From assembly GCA_964016885.1 (NCBI GenBank), contig OZ024740.1, positions 321,718,001-321,782,000 on the forward strand: DNA of 64,000 bases, given 5' to 3'. Both the position numbers and the translations under genes were made by a program. Below, one piece after another: positions 10,901 through 24,609 of this stretch; positions within the stretch are counted from its first letter, which is position 1, and every line of letters starts with the position of its first letter. Source of the DNA: Eledone cirrhosa. Its lineage: Eukaryota. The notes beneath the pieces were generated by a model. The model had not been told where the DNA came from, searched no databases, and saw only the letters and a program-made list of their open reading frames with translations.

Positions 10901-13040
10901 TTATCTCTTTCTCTTAATTTCGAGTATATTTTTTTGACCGGCCACCTTCCTGGTGGCAAGGTTGTAAAAGAAAAGAAATTGTCATCCCTTGAATCGCAAA
11001 AATGTTTTGCAAATTTTGAAGGTGCCAGCTATCGCAGCCATTTGTAGACTATGAATTAGGGAGCTGCGCTTTTGTCCGCAAATCCAAGTTCAGTCATACT
11101 TTGGTCCAAGCGGGTTGGTATATAACCCGTAGCTCCAATAATGATGGGTATGAAGCTAAAGGTGTATCTTGGATACTGGATTTGTAAACTCCTCATCAAT
11201 GGTCCGTAGATGTCCTCCTTCTCCTGTATTTTTCTGACAACGTTTACATCAAGTGGACAGCTGATCTCCACAACAGAACACGTTTTCAATGTGTGGTCCC
11301 AAACAACAATATCAGGCCGGTTGTGCTTTAATTTGGTGGCAGTTTTTATTTTCAGGTTCCACCAGTATTCCTTAGTGTCATCTGTCTCAATATATTCTTA
11401 CTCGTTTGTTGTTAATTTTGTTTTCCGAAGTGCGTTCCAGATGGTTCTAGCTATCCCATCGTGTCTCACGGGGAGGTAGTAGCGAGATGACATTCTTTCG
11501 CAGCTGGCAACAATGTGGCTTACATCCTCGATCTTTGTTTTACATAGCCTACATTTATTGTCAGCTGCTGGCCCTCTCCTTTTGTGCAGCAGATATTTGG
11601 TAGGGAGTTCTTGTTCCTGTATTGCATAGAGATATCCCTCAAGGTGTGATGTCATAAACTTGTCAGAACTCCATGCCAGGCTTTTTGAGTGGTTTATCCC
11701 CTCTATGGTCTGTGTTTTACGTCTCAAGTATCCATGCACAACTTTTTCTGTAAATTGGTCAATTCTTTCATCTTGTTTGAACATTGAATAGGATCTTCCG
11801 ATTTCTCTGGGTGAGAGATTTATATCAGGCTTTATTCCATATCTCTCCTCCAGATCAGTCGCTATTCTAATGATATTTTTTTTTCATGCTCATAAACCTG
11901 GGCAAGATGGTTGCCAACCTTTTTCCTCTGTTGAAGGTGTTGCTTCAGTGTTACTATCCGGGTATCATATGTTGTTAATATGGATTTTAGACCCCGGCCA
12001 CCTTCCTTGCGTGAGAAGTATAGCCTATCCACATCACCATTGATGTTGAAGTTCCCAGTAACACTGAGAAGTTTGCGAGTTCTAACATCCATCTCACTTA
12101 GTTCTTGCAATGACCAGTTCAGCAGGCCAAATGTTGGCGTTAGAATTGGCACAGCATAAGTATTGTGAGCAATATATTTGTTGTACGCTGACAGTTCTGA
12201 TGACCATATTTTCTTTACTCTTCTGAGGTATTCAGTTCTGGTTCTATCCTTATTTATGGGTCCATCATATCTGACATTCTCATCCTGTCCAAGATATCTG
12301 TAGTTGTCACCTGACTGTGGAGGTTGTATTGTCAGGCCGTTCATCTCTAGATTTCTAGAGGAGGGCACAGCTCTTCCACGTTTTACTGCCAAATATGCAC
12401 ACTTGGACTCACCAAATTTCATTTTGATGTCTGTTGAAAATTGTGTAATGAGGTCCAATTGTTTCTTGATGTCATTGATATTTGGCCCATACAACTTCAG
12501 GTCATCAACAAAGAAAAGATGGGAGATACTTCTGGACCCACTTCTTTGTCCACCTTGTTTCCTGAGTAGGTAAGATAGTGGATTTAGTGAGAGAACGAAG
12601 AGTAGCACTGACAAGCTATCACCCTGAAAGATGCCCTTCTGGTAATGTATCTTATCAGTCTTAACTTGCTCCTTCTCACCTCTAAGGATCAAATTAGTGT
12701 ACCAGTTCTTGGTCAGGCGTTCAACAGCAGCTACCAATGGTTGTGGGACTTTGGCTAACTGTAAAGCCTTAATAATCCACCTATGAGGTACACTATCAAA
12801 TGCTTTTTGATAGTCCAGCCACACCACACTCATGTTTCTGCGATTCTTTGTTGTTTTTTCCTGAATCATTTTATTAGTTAGTAGGTGATCTATGCAACCC
12901 CACACCTCCCTCTTTCTACCAGCTTGCTCAGGTGTTATGATGTTGTTGGTAGCACAGTGATCCTGTAAGAACAGGTTAAGGCACCCAGTATAGTTCTTAT
13001 TTTGTATACCCACATTGCAGATACAGAGAAACATGACAAT
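10901..13040 (-). mobile_element. R4/Dong-clade LINE (RT, CCHC, REL endonuclease), degenerate
   Basis: WLDYQKAFDSVPH, GIFQGDSLS, LFFVDDLKL, YRYLG, CRLC..EDVSHIVASC, PDIVVW..VVEISCP..K. The 3' end abuts (CATA)n. Confidence 0.9.
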
Positions 13041-13299
13041 CCTATATAAAGGTCGTAGACAGCAGTATCAGTTTTTATCCGTAACACCATTGAAATGCAC
13101 AAGTTTCACCAATTCACTATTATGCACTAATCATCTCAAATGCATTCATGATTTACTAGCTTTGTCATTAAGCCAGTTGCCTCAACTAGATTGCAATTAT
13201 ACTCAAAAGAACTTTAAAATGTCAATCACTTGTCAGTAATTCACTATGATCTTTTAATTATTAGATAGTTGTTGCTTGCATTGCCTTAAAAAATAGTAA

Positions 13300-14280
13300 A
13301 CCAGATAGAAAAATGCGTACAGCAAAAAAAAGTAATATTGTTGGAATATAAACCTTTAAAAATACAGGACAAGAAACTAAAATAAAACTTTAAAAGAATA
13401 GGACAAGAAACTAAGATAAAACTTTAAAGAATTGGACAAGAAATAAAAAATTTTACAATAATATTAGTGGCAAATTTTTTTTATTCGTTTCCTGTGCTAT
13501 GCCCCAGTATCTTCTTGATTAGTGCATAATAATTGTCATGCTCTCATTGTGCGTTGCCCCTGAGCGGTTGGTTCTGGTTGGGGTTGGTTGGCTGAGCAGT
13601 TCTGCTCCGTCAGAATGACCATTGCAAGAAGAATTGGCCGATGCAGCTGCAGGTCTCCTCCAAGAATGCACTTCTGGTCCCGCAACACCAGACGAAGATG
13701 GAGAAGACGATCGGGACAAGATGTCGACTCTGACCACCGACTACGGCACCTCCCTCAACCACCGGTCCTCCCTCCCTCTGTCCCGTCATCCCTCCAGTCC
13801 TCCTGCTCCCCCTTCCTGTACCAGAAAGCTGTGGCACGCATTCATCTGGACTGCCGGACTTGAACTCAAGGACAAGATGCAAGGAGAAGATGGACGGGTT
13901 GGTCAAGATCAAGGATGAGCGGGACGACAAGACCGTCCGCTGCTGCTCAAGATCTGTGCTCATGGGCCCATGGGTCCATTCACATTATGCATGACACATG
14001 AGGCGGCGTGTCGCCGAATGATGAAATAGGGGTATGGTTATGGCCCAATTGGTGTTCAAACCAGGAGCCTATGAATGTGGAACTCGATTTTTTACCAATA
14101 AAAATTTTGCCACTAATATTATTGTAAAATTTTTTATTTCTTGTCCAATTCTTTAAAGTTTTATCTTAGTTTCTTGTCCTATTCTTTTAAAGTTTTATTT
14201 TAGTTTCTTGTCCTGTATTTTTAAAGGTTTATATTCCAACAATATTACTTTTTTTTGCTGTACGCATTTTTCTATCTGGT
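13300..14280. mobile_element. Element with inverted terminal arms of about 177 bp (probable PLE inverted insertion or foldback)
   Basis: 13300-13476 is the near-perfect reverse complement of 14104-14280; GC-richer 620-bp interior. Confidence 0.75.
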
Positions 14281-14446
14281 ATATCATAAGTGTATGTATC
14301 GTTCATATAAATATTATGTAGAATTATTGTATGTAATCTTACCGCGTAATGTAGCTCAACTTTTTCCAATATATGGTATGTTGCCTTCATGTAAGCCGTA
14401 ATTACACACGTCCGATTATCGGACACTGACCACAACGGTCGCCTAT

Positions 14447-14560
14447 GTATGTATGTATGTATGTATGTATGTATGTATGTATGTATGTATGTATGTATGT
14501 ATGTATGTATGTATGTATGTATGTATGTATGTATGTATGTATGTATGTATGTATGTATGT
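14447..14560. repeat. (TATG)n microsatellite, target of R4/Dong insertions
   Basis: About 28 perfect units. Confidence 0.95.
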
Positions 14561-14800
14561 TCTGGTTTTATAATTTCACAAAGTTTTACCAATAGAGAGA
14601 GAGTCGGTTTCTAACATAGACACAAGACTCTCTCATTGGAATTTACACAACATCAACTAGGTAGATATGTATGTATGCATGCATGTGTAGATATGGATGT
14701 TATTGTATGTGTGGATGTATATGTTTTGAGTTGTATGTGTGCTTGTGTATATGCTTTGTATCTGTACATATGTATATGCAGTTATTAGATGCAACATTTT
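14560..14800 (-). mobile_element. 5'-truncated 3' end of the R4/Dong family found at 43436-47408
   Basis: Reverse complement matches 47170-47405 (CTAGTTGATGTTGT..TGTGTCTATGTTAGAAAC..GTGAAATTATAAAACCAGAA). Confidence 0.85.
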
Positions 14801-15239
14801 TGGAATGTTTTACATATTATTTACTGTTACTATATTATGGCATTACTGTATTACTGATTATTAATTCGTCAAATATATGAAACCTAAGGATCTCTTCTCA
14901 GTGAATTAAGTTGAGAAGGAAGAAAAAGTGACAAAGTGTAGAATGGTGGCAGGGTCAGATGAAAGGACTAGAAAGGTCATGATTAAAAGGTCATACACTG
15001 AGAGACAAGAAAACTTTGCTGAATCACTTATTCAGTAGATGATGAGTGAGGTTATTAATATATATATATATATATATATAGTAATAATAATAAATATATA
15101 TATATATATAGTAATAATAATAAATATATATATATAGTAATAATAATAAATTTGAAGACTAAAATCCAAAGAGGGCTCGTTAAGGGTGAAAGCAGCGATT
15201 CTTTGCTTAAACTTTAATCTGTTATTTTAATAAATATAT

Positions 15240-15613
15240 ATATATATATTTATATAAAAAAGAAAATTTTCGCTCTACATGGCTGAATACAATAAATGTA
15301 ATCTGAGTTTTTCGAATATTAATAATATTCGATTCGTTTGCAATTATGCAAACAAGCCTCAAATTTATAGACATGTCAAGCCGATCAGTGAAAATAGTAT
15401 ATATTTTCACTGGCTCTGACAGTTTGGCAGTGAGCTGTACTGATGAAGGGTGATACCCAGTAACATTAGTGTCTGCAGTTCTGTTCACATGCCAACACAA
15501 GAGCAAGAATGAAGGGTTCATTCTTCTACTGACATGGCTATAAAATTGAGGCTTGTTTGCATAATTGCAAACGAATCGAATGTTATTATTAATATTCGAA
15601 AAACTCAGATTAC

Positions 15614-15615
<2 letters not shown>
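15240..15615. mobile_element. Inverted PLE pLTR remnant with degenerate hammerhead
   Basis: Arms 15295-15378 / 15529-15615; CTGATGA-A-GGGT GAT ACCC-AGTAAC at about 15440; (TA)n flanks. Confidence 0.7.
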
Positions 15616-15653
<38 letters not shown>

Positions 15654-16935
15654 CTGATGGTATCTAAGATGCTTCCATAGGCGGTATGCCGGTCGAGCAC
15701 TCTATGCTCTTACAGAGTAGAGTATGGTAGAGTCAGACAAGATCCATGCAATGATCGTGGCTCGAGCTGTCCGCCGGCGAAACAATTATAACACACAATA
15801 AATTGATTTCAGATGAATCACTGATTTTTCGTTTCATATATATATATATATATATACATATATATATAGTCTCAGTATTAAATTACAATATATTGTAGTT
15901 ACTATAATCAGTAGACTTTCCGTTCTTGACTGTTGGTGACCGAGTCCTCATGAAGATCCTAGGAGCAATGCCCCTCCACCCACTTCTAAGAACATGAATC
16001 TGGGAAATGGAAAATCTCAACTTCAAATCCCCACTATCTTGTAGATAGCACATATCTCCAGCAATGGGTCAGATAGCCAAACTGTGTTGTGTGTGTTAGG
16101 GATAACAGAAAGACTAAGGGAAACAATCCTGACAGAAATATCAGAGTGGAGTCCCACCGTCGGTTTCTAGCTTAATTCTGCCAGGTTTCCTTAAACTCTT
16201 ACAACTAGTCTCTTGTTTGTAAAATTGTGATATTGTGTTTTTGAACAGTTTGTGTAATTCATTTGACGTCTGCTGTGGGGGAAAAAAAGACCGAAGTTAG
16301 TTTTAAAATGGTAAACACAGGACTGACAGAAACACTTAAACCAAGGGATACATAACACATATTGGGCTCATGAGACATTGAGGTGCTGTCGTGACATACT
16401 GCACGTCTTGGACATTTTAGACCTTGTGAAGCCTATCGCTGTCCGGATAAGAACACAGTCAATTTACTTCAGAACAAAAAAAAAAAACATTATGAAAGAC
16501 AGGAAGAGATGGATTGGTACTTTATTTCTCAAGTTCAAAAGGAAGAAAGACGAAAGGCAAAGGTGTTCCCAGTGGGATTTGAACTCAGAGTACGGTGAAT
16601 CGGAACAAATATCAAGGCATTTTTAAACTAGCGTCACATCTATCAATTCGCTGCACATATATTCCTTCAAATCCTCAGACAGAATGAACTCTGCAACTTT
16701 GCCTATATATATCTGGAAGTTGAAAAACCTAAGAATTTTGCCAATACACTGCCTTTTTTAAGTAGAAGAATGCTACACTTAGTATGAAACTTTGGCATGG
16801 AAAAGTATTAATAGTTATTACATTATCACACACATGTTCAGTCTACACATTGCATTAAGTGGAAGAATGCTGGGAAAAGTAGTTACATTTCATTAGTAAA
16901 TTATTACAAACACATTCACTCTACATAATATATTA

Positions 16936-17131
16936 CAGACCTGTCAAATCTCCCCATTGGGACGGGGAGATCTCCCATCCACTTTGGAGTGATTAAGAGA
17001 TGTCTTCTCTTGTGAAAATGGGTATAGCTTTCATTATGTAAAACCTCCCCATTTTGCTTCATTTCTCCCCGTTTTGAGGCACTTTTTTTCATGGAACTCC
17101 CAGTTTGGGTTTTTAGAGGTTGGCAGATCTG
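16936..17131. mobile_element. hAT-like MITE, decayed
   Basis: Imperfect TIR CAGACCTGTCAA / TTGGCAGATCTG. Confidence 0.55.
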
Positions 17132-17475
17132 ATATTAAGTAGATTCTGTTTTCCCTAGCATTTTTCTCATAACTAGGAAATTGCTAGGAAAAGTCATATT
17201 TCGTTAATATATTATTACACGTATATTCTATAAACTATACTGAGTATTCTAATTTGTCTCCGTGAAACCACTTATAAATCATTATAATATATTTTAACAA
17301 TTCTGTTTGGCTACAGAGTTATCTCATCAAACCAACGTTGAGAGAATTTCAAATAAATAATTTCTTGCGTTGTCACTGCCTGAGTTTGACATCGGATTCA
17401 TGTGTTTGTGGCTGGGTATCTTTGTACGTGTACACATATACATATATATATAAGTATATGTATAAATATATATGC

Positions 17476-17529
<54 letters not shown>

Positions 17530-17869
17530 TATGTATATATGTATGAGTTTGTGCCTATGTGCGCGTGTGTGTACGAGTATAAAGGTACGAATATGTGTAT
17601 GTATGGGTGTGTGTGTGTGTCTATGTGAATGTGTGTGTGTGTGTCTATGTGAATGTGTGTGCACGATTGTTTGAATACGAATATATATGTATGTGTGTAT
17701 GTATCAGTATGTGTACGTGTGTGTATAGTGTGTATATGTCAGTAAGTGTACATGTGTGTATATGTGTTATCGGTGTGAGCAGAGTACGTAAATATCAATC
17801 ATCTGAGATAAAAGACTAGAATTTCATAGAAAATGACAAGTTTGAATATTTGGTGTCAACGACGGAGAA

Positions 17870-18800
17870 AGCGCCACCGATACCACTACCACCACCACCA
17901 CATACACCACCACCACCACCACCACCACCACATACACCACCACCACCACCACCACCACCGCATACACCACCACCACCACCACCACCACCACCGCATACAC
18001 CACCACCACCGCCACATACACCACCACCACCACCACTACCACCACCACCGCATACACCACCACCACCACCACCTGCCACCACCACCACATCCATCACCAC
18101 CACCACAACCACCACCACCACCTGCCACCACCACCACATCCACCACCACAACCATCACCACCGCCACCTCCACCTCCACCACCACCACAACCATCACCAC
18201 TGCCACCACAACCATCACCACCGCCACCACCACCTGCCACCACCACCACACCCACCACCACAACCATCACCACCGCCACATCCACCACCACCACCACCAC
18301 CACCACCACCACACTCCACCACCACAACCATCACCACCGCCACCACCACCTGCCACCACCACCACACCCACACCACAACCATCACCACCGCCACATCCAC
18401 CACCACCACCACCACCACAATCATCACCACCGCCACCACCACCTGCCACCACCACCACACCCACCACCACAACCATCACCACCGCCACATCCACCACCAC
18501 CACCACCACCACACCCACCACCACAACCATCACCACCGCCACATCCACCACCACCACCACCACAATCATCACCACCGCCACCACCACCTGCCACCACCAC
18601 CACACCCACCACCACCACCACCACCACCACATCCACCACCACAACCATCACCACCGCCACCACTACTACCACCACCACCAGAGCCGCCGCCGCCGCCAAC
18701 ACCACCTGCCACAACCACCATCACCACCACAACCACCACCACAATCTATGGACATACTGCTGCCGTCACCACAACGACAACCACCGCCACCGCCATATAT
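17870..18800. repeat. (CAC)n-derived compound minisatellite
   Basis: Recurring CCACCTGCCACC, ACAACCATCACC and CCGCCACATCC subunits; the reading frame cycles P/T/H. Confidence 0.85.
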
Positions 18801-19371
18801 GGACGGAGACACCACCATTTATGGACGGGGTGGGGAGCCATTTATGAACAAGGAGAACATATGACGCCAAGCATCACAATCTTCCAACTTTCTCAATATC
18901 AAATGCCAAATTCACTGACATTAATCACTACACACACATATATGCATATACATATAGATAGATACACACACACACACACACACACATGTATATATGCATG
19001 TATATATGAATATATATGAATGCATATATGAACGTTTGTGTATTTGTATACACACACACACACACACATATATACATATAGTAATTAGTAAAATCCCAAC
19101 GGCGGGCCCAATTCGTTTCGGCTGGCCTCCAAGCTAACTGGTTTTGAATGGAGTGGGCTCTCCATTGTGATTTAACTATTAACTATACAAGCTCTGTATC
19201 TAAACATGCATTGAGTACTAACCTGATCTGTGGCTTTCTCGATTTCCCAACCATGAGCACTTTATATATGCATGTGTGTTGCTATGTATGCGAAAAACAA
19301 TACAGGAGAACAATATAGTACAATGATGATATATATATATTATATTAACGGTTGATATAGTAGGTAAAAAG

Positions 19372-19406
19372 CCTTAACGTTTCGGGCGTTAGCCCTTCTT
19401 CGGAAG
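19372..19406 (-). ncRNA. Minimal hammerhead variant (PLE tail)
   Basis: CTT-CCGAAGA-A-GGGC TAAC GCCC-GAAAC-GTT-AAG (U4 to C, palindromic AACGTT). Confidence 0.6.
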
Positions 19407-19671
19407 ATAGAAAGAGAGGAAGAAGAAATCGAAGGAGTAAGAAAAGGAAAAAAATGGGAAAAAAGCACTTTTACAGAAGGAAAGCACGTTTGTGTTTAGT
19501 CATGTACGTATTATTTTATAATACTCCAACATAGCATTTGACTACCTTGTTAGATACTGTGACTCTGAATGGACAAGCCATACCGCTCGTCGAAACTGTG
19601 TACGTCCACTTCGACGGCTGATAACCACGGAGTTTTGTACCTGTTGCCAATTTTACTATATATATATATAT

Positions 19672-19854
19672 AGAGCAAACATCACGGACGCTCTATCTCA
19701 AAATTATTTTTGAAAAGCATTAGAAATGCGCAACCGGTAAAACTTAAAACCAAAACTGAATATTAACCAATACTTATTACTAATTCTCACTTATTCCTAA
19801 TTAAACTATTTTTCACTGTGAACAATTTGTCAGCATTTTCTTTTCCGTTTACCA

Positions 19855-19860
<6 letters not shown>
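19672..19860 (+). mobile_element. Terminal fragment of the family also at 62578-62770 and 63644-63810
   Basis: Near-identical sequence; (TA)n on both sides. Confidence 0.75.
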
Positions 19861-19944
<84 letters not shown>

Positions 19945-19967
19945 GGATACAACTATATATATATATA

Positions 19968-20049
19968 GAAGTAGGAGATGGGAATATTTTGGAAATGAAT
20001 GATGTCATTGTATACAGTTGACGTTCTATAGTGTTCATCTGTTTATAAA

Positions 20050-20098
<49 letters not shown>

Positions 20099-20800
20099 GA
20101 ACAATGAAAATAAAACAAAAGTTCATGATAGGTTCTTAATTAGTTCATTGTTTTACGATCATTTTTGATGGTTGATTGAACATGGTAGATCGATATATTG
20201 GCTAGCGGGTAGTGGTTATGGCACCACCTATTTCTCGAAATCCCTGATCTATCACACTATCTATCACATCTATCACATCTATCACATCTATCACACTATC
20301 TATCACATCGTCTTTCTCAAAAACAATTGTGGAGAATCTTCGAGGGAACCTTATGTGATGAGAGCCTACTACAGACACTATAGCACTCACGCCTTATCTC
20401 CTTAAAACAATCTCTTCAAGACGCCATTGAGTTCTAACACCATTATCGGCCTACCATAAACAGATGGATACCACTATATAGGAAGAGATTGTTTTAATGA
20501 GATAAGGCGTGAGTGCTATAGTGTCTGTAGTAGGCTCTCGTCACATAAGGTTCCCTCGAAGATTCTCCACAATTGTTTTTGAGAAAGACGATGTGATAGA
20601 TAGTGTGATAGATGTCATAGATGTGATAGATGTGATAGATAGTGTGATAGATCAGGGATTTCGAGAAATAGGTGGTGCCATAACCACTACCCGCTAGCCA
20701 ATATATCGATCTACCATGATCAATCAACCATCAAAAATGATCGTAAAACAATGAACTAATTAAGAACCTATCATGAACTTTTGTTTTATTTTCATTGTTC

Positions 20801-20895
<95 letters not shown>

Positions 20896-20977
20896 TTTAT
20901 AAACAGATGAACACCATAGAACGTCAACTGTATACAATGACATCATTCATTTCCAAAATATTCCCATCTCCTACTTC
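19968..20977. repeat. Long inverted repeat (arms about 450 and 495 bp, 64-bp spacer)
   Basis: 19968-20417 is the reverse complement of 20482-20977 apart from a few substitutions and (CA)n length. Confidence 0.9.
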
Positions 20978-22640
20978 TCCACTTCTCCGCTCCTTCACTC
21001 CCCCATTCATCCAGTCATCCACACCCCAGTCCTTCTCTCGCCCACACCTCCATTCCTCCAGCCCTCCACTACTCCAGTCCGCCAGTCTTCCACTACTCCA
21101 GTCCGCCAGTCCGCCAATCCTCCACTACTCCACTCCTCTACACTTCTGAGTATCCATTGCTCCACTCCTCCAGTCCTCCACTCATCCAGTCCTCCACTCC
21201 TCTACACTTCTAAGTATCCATCCCTCCAGCCCTCCAGCCCTCCACTACTCCACACTTCTAAGCATCCATTGCTCCAGCCCTCCAGTCCTCCAGTCCTCCA
21301 ATCCTCCACTACTCCACACTTCTAAACATCCATTCCTCCAGCCCTCCAGCCCTCCACTACTCCACACTTCTAAGCATCCATTCCTCCAGCCCGCCAGCCC
21401 TCCAGTCCTCCACTACTCCACTCCTCCACACTTCTAAGCATCCATTGTTCCACTCCTCCAGTCCTCCTCTCCTCCACACTTCTAAGCATCCATTCCTCCA
21501 GCCCGCCAGCCCTCCAGTCCTCCACTACTCCACTCCTCCACACTTCTAAGCATCCATTGTTCCACTCCTCCAGTCCTCCACTACTCCACACTTCTAAGCA
21601 TCCATTCCTCCAACCCTCCAGTCCTCCACTACTCCACACTTCTAAGCATCCATTTCTCCAGCCCTCCAGTCCTCCACTACTCCACTACTCCACTCCTCCA
21701 CACTTCTAAGCATCCATTGTTCCACTCCTCCAGTCCTCCTCTCCTCCACACTTCTAAGCATCCATTCCTCCAGCCCGCCAGCCCTCCAGTCCTCCACTAC
21801 TCCACTCCTCCACACTTCTAAGCATCCATTGTTCCACTCCTCCAGTCCTCCACTACTCCACACTTCTAAGCATCCATTCCTCCAACCCTCCAGTCCTCCA
21901 CTACTCCACACTTCTAAGCATCCATTTCTCCAGCCCTCCAGTCCTCCACTACTCCACTCCTCCACTCCTCCACACTTCTAAGCATCCATTCCTCCAACCC
22001 TCCAGTCCTCCACTACTCCACACTTCTAAGCATCCATTCCTCCAGCCCTCCAGTCGCCCAGTCCTCCACTACTCCACTCCTCCACACTTCTAAGCATCCA
22101 TTCCTCCAGCCCTCCACTCCTCCAGTCCTCCACTACTCCACTACTCAACTCCTCCACACTTCTAAGCATCCATTCCTCCAGCCCTCCAGTCCTCCACTCC
22201 TCCACACTTCTAAGCATCCATTTCTCCAGTCCTCCAGTCCTCCAATCCTCCACTACTCCACTACTCAACTCCTCCACACTTCTAAGCATCCATTCCTCCA
22301 GCCCTCCAGTCCTCCACTACTCCACTACTACACACTTCTAAGCATCCATTCCTCCAGCCCTCCAGTCCTCCACTACTCCACTACTCCACTCCTCCACACT
22401 TCTAAGCATCCATTCCTCCAGTCCTCCAGTCCTCCAATCCTCCACTACTCCACACTTCTAAGCATCCAATCCTCCAGCCTCCAGCCCTCCAGTCCTCCAC
22501 TCCTCCACACTTCTAAGCATCCATTGCTCTACTCCTCCAGTCCTCCCCTCCTCCACACTTCCAAGCATCCATTACCCAAGTCTCCACTCCTCCATTACCC
22601 CTCTACTCCACTCCGCCACTTCTCCAGTCTTCTCTACCAA
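20977..22640. repeat. C-rich minisatellite: anchor CTCCACACTTCTAAGCATCCATT plus variable 8-mers
   Basis: About 28 anchors separated by permutations of CTCCAGTC, CTCCAGCC, CTCCACTA and CTCCACTC. Confidence 0.9.
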
Positions 22641-22729
22641 GAGATCACACAGCAAGAGGATGGGCCGCCTTAATTATTTCCATCTTGACATGTGTAATCT
22701 ATGAGGTCAGATCTTTAAGATATCACCCT

Positions 22730-23215
22730 CCCATCACCACTACACCACTACCACCACCACTACAACACCACTACACCACCACTACCACCACCACCACAAC
22801 ACCACCACCACCACTACACGACCAACGCCACCACTACACCACCAAAACTACACCACCACTCAACCACGACCAGTGCCAGTACCAGCACCAGCACCACCAC
22901 TACATCACCACCACTACACCACCACCACCACCACTACCACCTCCACCACTACACGACCACGACCACGACCACCACCTTCCCCACTACACCACCACGACCA
23001 CTACACCACCTTCACCACTACACCACCACAACTACACAACAATGACCACTGCCACTACCACTACCACCACCACCGCTACCACCACCACCACCACTATCAG
23101 CACCGCCACTACACAACCACTACCCCCCCCCACACTACCACTATCAGCCCCCGCCATTACACATCCACCTCCACCACCACCACCACAACAAGAAACACAC
23201 TACCACCGCACAAAC
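22730..23215. repeat. (CAC/CTA)n low-complexity tract
   Basis: Degenerate trinucleotide repeat. Confidence 0.85.
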
Positions 23216-23634
23216 ATCCGCACACTGACACAAACGTACATATATATATATGCACACACATACACGTCGCTACATCAACACAATCATACTATGGTGTATG
23301 TGTGTGTATTATATATATATATACATAAAACATATGATGTATATGTGTATATAAAATATATAATGTAACTGGGTTTTCAGGTGCACCGGAGTGGGGGACT
23401 TTCATGAGTTATTTATTTCATAAGTCCACTCATGTGAGTTGATGTGGGTGTATATATATATATAGTAGTGAGAGGTTGGTAAAGATATATATATATATAT
23501 ATACGCATACATACATACAATCGGAAATAGAGACAAACAAGTCCAAATGTAGCACGGGTATGAATAATTGCTAAAATATCTTTTACTTTGAATTTATTTT
23601 GCTTGTACCTCTCTTGTTTTGATGTACATATATA

Positions 23635-23670
<36 letters not shown>

Positions 23671-23699
23671 TGTATGTATGTATGTATGTATGTATGTAT

Positions 23700-23815
23700 T
23701 TTGTACCCAGAAGAAGGGCTTAAGGCCGACACGTCGGACTTCTTTTCCTCTTTTCAATATAAAGCGTGAAATTAATAAGACTTTTTTTTATCTCTGTTTG
23801 TTGTCTCATTGAACT
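23700..23815 (+). mobile_element. PLE 3' tail with degenerate hammerhead
   Basis: CAGAAGA-AGGGCTTAAGGCC-GACAC-GTC, then AGCGTGAAATTAATA as at about 50122 and 58521. Confidence 0.6.
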
Positions 23816-23939
23816 ATATATATATATATATATATATATTAGAGGAACGATCGACTTTCGTCAAATCGGACCGAGGGAACAATGTTTCCGTTGGTCTTTC
23901 CAATTGCTAATACTATCTATCGGTCGCAACTCCAGGTAG

Positions 23940-24061
23940 AAGGAGCAACGTGAAATAAAGTGTCTTGCCCAAGGACATAACGCATCGCCTGGTCCAGGAA
24001 TCGAACTCACAACCTTATGATTGCGAATCCAATTCTCTAACCACTCAGCCACACGCCTTCA
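23940..24061 (-). mobile_element. tRNA(Arg)-like SINE head (OR-type)
   Basis: GGCGTGTGGCTGAGTGGTTAG..TTCGCAATC..GAGTTCGATTCC, continuing into a CORE-like body rather than ending as a tRNA. Confidence 0.7.
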
Positions 24062-24063
24062 CC

Positions 24064-24105
<42 letters not shown>

Positions 24106-24170
24106 GTATATATATATATGTATATGTATATATATATATGTATATATATATATGTATATATATATATATG

Positions 24171-24208
<38 letters not shown>

Positions 24209-24209
<1 letters not shown>

Positions 24210-24566
24210 GTATTGTTATGCTTTGGGAGGGTCATGTTGCCAATAAGAAACACACGCACCAGTTGCTTCCACTCCAATTTATTATAAATAAAATTTATAA
24301 ATTTAAGAATTTATAAATTTCCGATTGGTTGGTTGGTTCCATAACCGGACGGTTGTTCATATATTGTCAAAGTTCTTTCGTCACACATTCTGTGACCTCT
24401 TCAGTGTGTTTATATATATATATATATATATATACATTGTGTAGTGAGGTATAAACGGTTGAAGTTAGAAGGCCAGAACAATGCAGGTATGGATATAGAA
24501 TATAAATACAAATGCAAAAGTTTCAACACACGTTTTCAGATAAAGAATCTTGCTAAACAAATTCAG

Positions 24567-24609
<43 letters not shown>

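Noticed and set aside
17833-19019. Pro/His/Thr-rich ORFs of 343-389 aa (extensin- or formin-like)
   Set aside because: (CAC)n has no stops in any frame and the subunits shift frame repeatedly. An upstream acceptor-like TTTCATAG exists, but there is no other support for coding.
20977-22640. CRISPR-like repeat-spacer array
   Set aside because: The 'spacers' are permutations of four related 8-mers, not unique sequence. There are no cas genes and the context is eukaryotic.
23990-24061. Functional tRNA-Arg gene
   Set aside because: The acceptor stem does not pair and the sequence runs into a SINE body shared with other copies.
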